Assembly (NCBI GenBank): GCA_029851325.1
Contig: CP099830.1
Coordinates: forward strand, 84,513-148,512
Origin: Candidatus Shikimatogenerans bostrichidophilus
GTDB taxonomy: Bacteria; Bacteroidota; Bacteroidia; Flavobacteriales; Blattabacteriaceae
Direction of reading: 5' to 3'
DNA: 64,000 nucleotides
The notes beneath the pieces were generated by a model. That model was not told where the DNA came from, did no database searches, and saw only the letters and a program-made list of their open reading frames with translations. This document shows, one piece after another, positions 58,628-64,000 of this stretch. The stretch's first letter is position 1. Every line of letters starts with the position of its first letter. Both the position numbers and the translations under genes were made by a program.

Positions 58628-59599
58628 TTAAAATAAGAAAATATTTTTAAAATTTTTAAATTTTAAACCATTATAAAGATTTAAAATATTCATTTTTTTT
58701 CTATTATTTAATTGACAAATTAATAATTCTATAAAATCGTTTTTTATTTTTATGAATATTTTTTTTTTATAGTATATAAAATCTCCTATATGTGATTTAT
58801 AATAATTAAGTTTAAGATATTTATAATCTTTTTTATTAATATTTATATTAATTTTATAGATATTAAATATATATATATCTTTATAAATATTTAAAAAGCA
58901 CCAAGCAGGTTTATTAGATGGTAATCCCAAAATTAATTTGTTAATTTTTTCTTTTATCTGATAAAAACTAATTTTAGAAAAGTAATTATTAATTTTAGGA
59001 GCTTTTTTTAAATTTTTAATTAAGAAATTATTTTTAAGTTTTTTTCTTTTTTTTTTTATTACATATAATATCGTTTTTAAAACAAATTTTTTTGTATATA
59101 TTGATAAAAGTTTATATAAAGAAATAAAGTCTATATTAGAATTAATTTTTATTTTTTTTTGTAATATAATAGGTCCTCCATCTATATTATCATTTATAAA
59201 AAAACTAGTTAATCCAGTGTATTTTTCATTGTTTATAATAGCCCAATTAATAGGACAAGGTCCTTTATAATTTGGCAATAAGGAAGGATGGATATTAATA
59301 GTCCCTAGTCTAGGGATTCTCCATATTTTTTTTGAAATAATTTTAAAAGATATAATTAATATTAAATCAGGTTTACTATTATTAATTTTGATTATATTTT
59401 TAGTTTTTTCTATTTTATCACTATTTATAATTTTAATATTGTATTTTTTAGATATTTTTTTTATTAAATTAGGTTTACTATTAATAAAATTTTTTTTTGA
59501 AGTAATTATATAATTTATTTTTATATTTTTTTTTTTTAATAAAATTTTTAATGTAGGGATACCAAAATATCCATTACTCATAAAAATAATTTTTAACAT
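58628..59599 (-). CDS. fmt: Methionyl-tRNA formyltransferase
   Basis: Likely start MLKIIFM at 59599; NIHPSLLP..KGPCPINWAI, IDGGPII. Confidence 0.94.
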   Translation of the reverse strand: MLKIIFMSNGYFGIPTLKILLKKKNIKINYIITSKKNFINSKPNLIKKISKKYNIKIINSDKIEKTKNIIKINNSKPDLILIISFKIISKKIWRIPRLGTINIHPSLLPNYKGPCPINWAIINNEKYTGLTSFFINDNIDGGPIILQKKIKINSNIDFISLYKLLSIYTKKFVLKTILYVIKKKRKKLKNNFLIKNLKKAPKINNYFSKISFYQIKEKINKLILGLPSNKPAWCFLNIYKDIYIFNIYKINININKKDYKYLKLNYYKSHIGDFIYYKKKIFIKIKNDFIELLICQLNNRKKMNILNLYNGLKFKNFKNIFLF

Positions 59600-59616
59600 A
59601 AAATAAAAAAAATAAA

Positions 59617-59689
59617 TGACCTGGCTGGGATTCGGACCCAGGACCCTTACATTAAAAGTGTAATGCTCTACCAGCTGAGCTACCAAGTC
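59617..59689 (-). tRNA. tRNA-Lys(TTT)
   Basis: Acceptor GACTTGG/CCAGGTC, TTACA-CTTTTAA-TGTAA; atypical T-loop TCCGAAT. Confidence 0.92.
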
Positions 59690-59784
59690 ATATATATTAA
59701 TATACAAAATTTAATAATAATATATAATAGGAATATAAAAAATATATATTTATTTTAAAAAAAATAAATATAAATTTTTTTTGT

Positions 59785-60306
59785 GTGAAAACAATATTAA
59801 TAGGATATATGGGATGTGGCAAATCATATATTGGGTACATATTATCCTTACTAACTAATAATACTTTTTTTGATTTAGATTTTATAATTAATAAAATTTA
59901 TAAAATAGATACAAATCAAATTTTTAAAAAATATGGAGAATATAAATTTAGATTTATAGAAAAAAAAATTCTTAATTTTTTTTTAAAAGAAACATATAAA
60001 AAATCTTATATTTTGTCTGTTGGTGGAGGAACTCCTTGTTATTTTAATAATATTTCATTTATGAATAATTATGTAAATACTATTTTTATTAAATTAAGTT
60101 TTAAAATTTTATATAAAAGATTATTGAAAGATAATAATAATAGACCAATTTTAAATATAATGAATAGAAGAAGAAGATATAAATTATTAAATAGACATTA
60201 TAATAAAAGAATAAGTTTTTATAAACGATCTAAATATATTATAAAAATAAAAAAAAGTAGTTTTTTTAAAATTGCATATTATATAAAAAAAAAATTTAAT
60301 TTATAA
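59785..60306 (+). CDS. aroK: Shikimate kinase (GTG start)
   Basis: LIGYMGCGKS, DLD, GE..FR..E, SVGGGTPC, RP. Confidence 0.95.
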   Translation: MKTILIGYMGCGKSYIGYILSLLTNNTFFDLDFIINKIYKIDTNQIFKKYGEYKFRFIEKKILNFFLKETYKKSYILSVGGGTPCYFNNISFMNNYVNTIFIKLSFKILYKRLLKDNNNRPILNIMNRRRRYKLLNRHYNKRISFYKRSKYIIKIKKSSFFKIAYYIKKKFNL

Positions 60307-60315
60307 TTAAATGTA

Positions 60316-61644
60316 ATGGATAAAATTTTTAAATCATTTTTTATTTGTAAAAAATATATAAATAAAAAATTTTTAATAGCTGTAAGTGGAGGAGTGGATA
60401 GTATGGTAATATTATATATTTTAAATAAAATATTAAATAATAATATAAGTGTATGTACTTGTAATTTTAATTTAATTAATAATAATAAAAATTATTTATT
60501 GGTTTTAAAATTTTGTATTAAAAAAAAAATTAATTTTTTTTTTAAAAAATTTAATACTTTAAAATATATAAAAAAACGAAAAAAATCTATACAAATGGGA
60601 GCTAGAAAATTAAGATATGCTTGGTTTAACAAAATAATAAAAAAATATAATTATAATTATTTAATTACAGCTCACCATTTTGATGACAATATAGAAACTT
60701 TTTTTTTAAATTTATTTAGAGGTAGTAGTATATATGGATTAAAAGGGATAAAACCTTTTAATAAAAAAATAATAAGACCTTATTTAATATTTAAAATTGA
60801 CAAAAATCAAATATATAAATATGCTTTAAAAAATAAAATATCTTGGATCAATGATAAAAGTAATTTTACAAATATATATTTAAGAAACCAAATTAGAAAT
60901 AATATAATACCTATATTAAAAAAAGAATTTAATAATTTTAATTCATATATAAATAATACTTTAATAAAATTAAATTTTGAATATAAAATAATTAATAGGT
61001 ATATTAAACAAATAAAAAAAGAAATTCTTTTTTTTAAAGAAATATTAAATATAAAATATAAATTTATATATATAGATTTATTAATAAAAATAAAAAATTA
61101 TGAATATATATTATATAGATTGTTTATAAAATATAAATTTTATAATATTAATAGTTTAAAAAGGATAATTTTATTAAATGTAGGTAAAAAAATATATTCT
61201 AATGATAATAAATATAAAATTATAAAAGGAAAAAATAAAATTTTTTTTTCAAAAAACAGTATTATAAAAATTTATAAGAAAATAAATGTTCCTAATATAA
61301 TATATGTAAATAAAAAAAACAAAATATATTTTTTTTTAAAAAAAAATAAAAATAAATATTATAAAAAAAAATATATATATATTGATTATGATAAAATAAA
61401 TAGACCGATATATATAAAGAATTGGGAAAAAGGTGATTATGTTTATAATAATGAAAAAAAAGTTAAAATTAATAAAATTTTTAAAAGAAATAAAATTTCA
61501 TCTTTTTATAAAGATAAAATATTATTTTTAGTAGATAAATATAAGAATATATTATGTAGTTTAAATAAACTTTTTATTTATAATAATTTATATTTAATTA
61601 ATAGAAAAACTAAAAAAATTTTATTTTTTAATTTTTTAAAATAA
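60316..61644 (+). CDS. tilS: tRNA(Ile)-lysidine synthase
   Basis: AVSGGVDS, ARKLRY, TAHHFDDNIET, RNQIR. Confidence 0.95.
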   Translation: MDKIFKSFFICKKYINKKFLIAVSGGVDSMVILYILNKILNNNISVCTCNFNLINNNKNYLLVLKFCIKKKINFFFKKFNTLKYIKKRKKSIQMGARKLRYAWFNKIIKKYNYNYLITAHHFDDNIETFFLNLFRGSSIYGLKGIKPFNKKIIRPYLIFKIDKNQIYKYALKNKISWINDKSNFTNIYLRNQIRNNIIPILKKEFNNFNSYINNTLIKLNFEYKIINRYIKQIKKEILFFKEILNIKYKFIYIDLLIKIKNYEYILYRLFIKYKFYNINSLKRIILLNVGKKIYSNDNKYKIIKGKNKIFFSKNSIIKIYKKINVPNIIYVNKKNKIYFFLKKNKNKYYKKKYIYIDYDKINRPIYIKNWEKGDYVYNNEKKVKINKIFKRNKISSFYKDKILFLVDKYKNILCSLNKLFIYNNLYLINRKTKKILFFNFLK

Positions 61645-61651
61645 TTAGTAA

Positions 61652-62872
61652 ATGGAAAAAAAAATACCTTATGATCATAAAATTATAGGAAAAAAATTAA
61701 AATTATTTTTTTTTTATAAAAATTTAAATACAGGATTACCTATTTGGTTACCATATGGTACATATATATATAATAAAATTAAAAATTTTATTAAAAAAAT
61801 AAATATAATTAATAAATATAATGAAGTGGTTACTCCTAACATAGGTAACTATAGTTTATATAAATTATCAGGACATTTAGATAAATATATAAAAAACATA
61901 TTTAAAATAGAATATAAAAAAAAAATATTTCTTAATCCAATGAATTGTCCTTATCATTGTTTAATTTATAAATTTTATAATAATATATCTTATAAAGAAT
62001 TTCCTATAAAATATTATGAATTTGGTACTGTTTTTCGTAATGAAAAAAGTGGAGAATTAAATGGTTTATTTAGAACTAAAGTTTTTACACAAGATGATGG
62101 TCATATATATTGTAAAAATATTAAAGAAGTAGTTAAAGAAATAGATAATATAATAAATATTATATTGATAATATATAAAAAATTTCAATTAAAAAATTAT
62201 TATATTAGATTATCCTTAAGAGATAAAAATTATATTAATAATGAATATATTGGAGAGAAAAAAACATGGATAAAATCAGAAAAGATTTTAATTAAAATAA
62301 TAAAAAAAAAAAAAATTAATTATATAATTAGTTATGGAGAGGCTGCATTTTATGGACCAAAAATAGATTTTATTATAAAAGATTCTTTAAATAGAAATTG
62401 GCAATTAAGTACAATACAAATAGATTATAATACCCCAAAAAGGTTTAATTTAATGTATATTAATAAACATAATAGATGTATATGTCCAATAATGATTCAT
62501 AGAGCGTTTTTAGGGTCAATAGAGAGATTTATAGGAATTTTAATTGAACATAAAAAAGGATATTTACCTTTATGGTTGTTAAAAATTCAAATAGTAATTA
62601 TTCCTATATATATTAATCATTATAAATATTGTAAATTTATTTTTAATTATTTAATAAAAAAAAAAGTAAGATGTATAATAGATAATTCTTATAAAAATTT
62701 AAATATAAAAATAAAAAAATTTGAAAAAATTCATATACCTATAATGTTGATAGTAGGAGAAAAAGAAAAGGTTGAAAATAAAATTTTTTTAAGAATAAAA
62801 AATAAAAAAAATAAAAGTTTAAGAATAAAAGATGCTTTTAATTATATTTTAGAATATATTAGTAATAATTAG
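61652..62872 (+). CDS. thrS: Threonine--tRNA ligase lacking N-terminal TGS/editing domains
   Basis: Begins at DHKIIGKKL; PMNCPYH, FRNEKSGEL, FTQDDGH, AAFYGPKID, IHRA..GSIERF. Confidence 0.96.
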   Translation: MEKKIPYDHKIIGKKLKLFFFYKNLNTGLPIWLPYGTYIYNKIKNFIKKINIINKYNEVVTPNIGNYSLYKLSGHLDKYIKNIFKIEYKKKIFLNPMNCPYHCLIYKFYNNISYKEFPIKYYEFGTVFRNEKSGELNGLFRTKVFTQDDGHIYCKNIKEVVKEIDNIINIILIIYKKFQLKNYYIRLSLRDKNYINNEYIGEKKTWIKSEKILIKIIKKKKINYIISYGEAAFYGPKIDFIIKDSLNRNWQLSTIQIDYNTPKRFNLMYINKHNRCICPIMIHRAFLGSIERFIGILIEHKKGYLPLWLLKIQIVIIPIYINHYKYCKFIFNYLIKKKVRCIIDNSYKNLNIKIKKFEKIHIPIMLIVGEKEKVENKIFLRIKNKKNKSLRIKDAFNYILEYISNN

Positions 62873-62891
62873 TAAAAAAAAATAAAATAAT

Positions 62892-63431
62892 ATAAAAAAA
62901 AAAATTTTCTTAGATAAAAGAATATCTAAATTTAAAATAAATAATAATATAAAATATAAATTAGTTAAATTAGTAGGTAGTAGTATTCTGGAAAATAAAG
63001 TATATAAAATTAATAATTTGTTAGAATTAATTAAAGAATCTAATATAAAATTAGATTTAGTAGTTATAAATGATAATAATTTTCCACCAATAGTTAAACT
63101 TTTAAATTTTAATAAATATATATATGAAATAAATAAAAAATATAAAAAAAATATAAAAAAAAAATCTATAAAAATTATAAGATTAAGCCCCCAAATAAGT
63201 GAACATGATACATATTATAAAATAAAACAAGCTAAAAAATTTTTGTTAAAAAAGTATAAAGTTAAATTTTATGTATTTTTTAAAGGAAGATCGATAATAT
63301 ATAAAGGGAAAGGAAAAGAGGTTTTAATGAATTGTTCAAATTTATTAAAAAAATATGGTATAATCGAAAAATATCCTTATATGGATAATAATAAAATGTA
63401 TATGATTATTTCACCAAATAAAAAGGTATAA
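62892..63431 (+). CDS. infC: Translation initiation factor IF-3 with non-AUG start
   Basis: Frame is open from 62886 ([20 protein letters not shown]...VKLVG) with no ATG; ATA at 62892 or ATT at 62904; thrS-infC-rpmI-rplT order. Confidence 0.88.
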   Translation: MKKKIFLDKRISKFKINNNIKYKLVKLVGSSILENKVYKINNLLELIKESNIKLDLVVINDNNFPPIVKLLNFNKYIYEINKKYKKNIKKKSIKIIRLSPQISEHDTYYKIKQAKKFLLKKYKVKFYVFFKGRSIIYKGKGKEVLMNCSNLLKKYGIIEKYPYMDNNKMYMIISPNKKV

Positions 63432-63604
63432 TGAAAAAAAAATATAAAATAAAAAAAAGTTATAAAAAAAGATTTAAATTAATTGGTAATAATAAAATTA
63501 AAAGAAAGCATGCTTTTAAAAATCATAATTTAATAAAAAAATCAAAAAATAGAAAAAAAAGATTATCTAAATTAATAAAATTTAATTTAATTAAAATAAA
63601 ATAA
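63431..63604 (+). CDS. rpmI: 50S ribosomal protein L35
   Basis: Manual translation [45 protein letters not shown]... (57 aa); operon position. Confidence 0.92.
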   Translation: MKKKYKIKKSYKKRFKLIGNNKIKRKHAFKNHNLIKKSKNRKKRLSKLIKFNLIKIK

Positions 63605-63608
63605 TAAT

Positions 63609-63956
63609 ATGCCTAGATCTAAAAATATAGTTGCTTCAAAAAAAAGAAGAAAAAAAATATTAAAACATGTAAAAGGATGTTATGGTGCAAAAAGAAGAAG
63701 CTATACTATAGCTAAAAATACTTTAGAGAAATCTTTATTAAACGCTTATATAGGTAGAAAAAGGAAAAAAAGAGATTATAGAAGATTATGGATTTTAAGA
63801 ATAAATGCTTATGTTAGAAAATTTAGTAAAATATCTTACTCTAAATTTATTTATTTATTAAAAAAAAAGAATAATAAATTAAATAGAAAAGTAATATCAT
63901 ATTTTAGTACAGAATGTAAAACTGGTTTATTTTTAAAAAGAATATTAAAAAGTTAG
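63609..63956 (+). CDS. rplT: 50S ribosomal protein L20
   Basis: MPRS, RKRKKRDYRRLWILRINA, YSKFI, LNRKV. Confidence 0.97.
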   Translation: MPRSKNIVASKKRRKKILKHVKGCYGAKRRSYTIAKNTLEKSLLNAYIGRKRKKRDYRRLWILRINAYVRKFSKISYSKFIYLLKKKNNKLNRKVISYFSTECKTGLFLKRILKS

Positions 63957-64000
63957 ATTTTATAAGGTTTTAATGTTTTAGGAATTATACTATTTTTAAA

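Noticed and set aside
59600..59707. 36-aa N-terminal extension of fmt in the ORF track
   Set aside because: It is a chance open frame through tRNA-Lys; Fmt similarity begins at MLKIIFM (59599)

Overview
A 64 kb segment of an extremely AT-rich, gene-dense, highly reduced Bacteroidota (Flavobacteriales) endosymbiont chromosome using the standard genetic code. It holds mostly translation, tRNA-modification, chaperone and Fe-S genes, one complete rRNA operon (16S-Ile-Ala-23S-5S) and 12 tRNAs. The only amino-acid biosynthetic genes are from the shikimate pathway (DAHP synthase-chorismate mutase fusion, aroK, aroC), a profile that suggests a beetle symbiont such as Candidatus Shikimatogenerans (inference, not verified by search). 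I saw no mobile elements, phage or CRISPR. Main points of interest: (1) a candidate dispersed prephenate-dependent tRNA wobble-U pathway (U32/TrhP-like protein plus adjacent ferredoxin plus a TrmR-like O-methyltransferase); (2) a full-length GAPDH lacking its catalytic Cys/His and NAD-binding motif; (3) a DUF2797 gene split by a frameshift in an A9 tract; (4) loss of the canonical anti-Shine-Dalgarno; (5) AlaRS and ThrRS without editing domains; (6) an uncalled 31-aa bS22-like ribosomal protein; (7) CDSs that run into tRNA genes.
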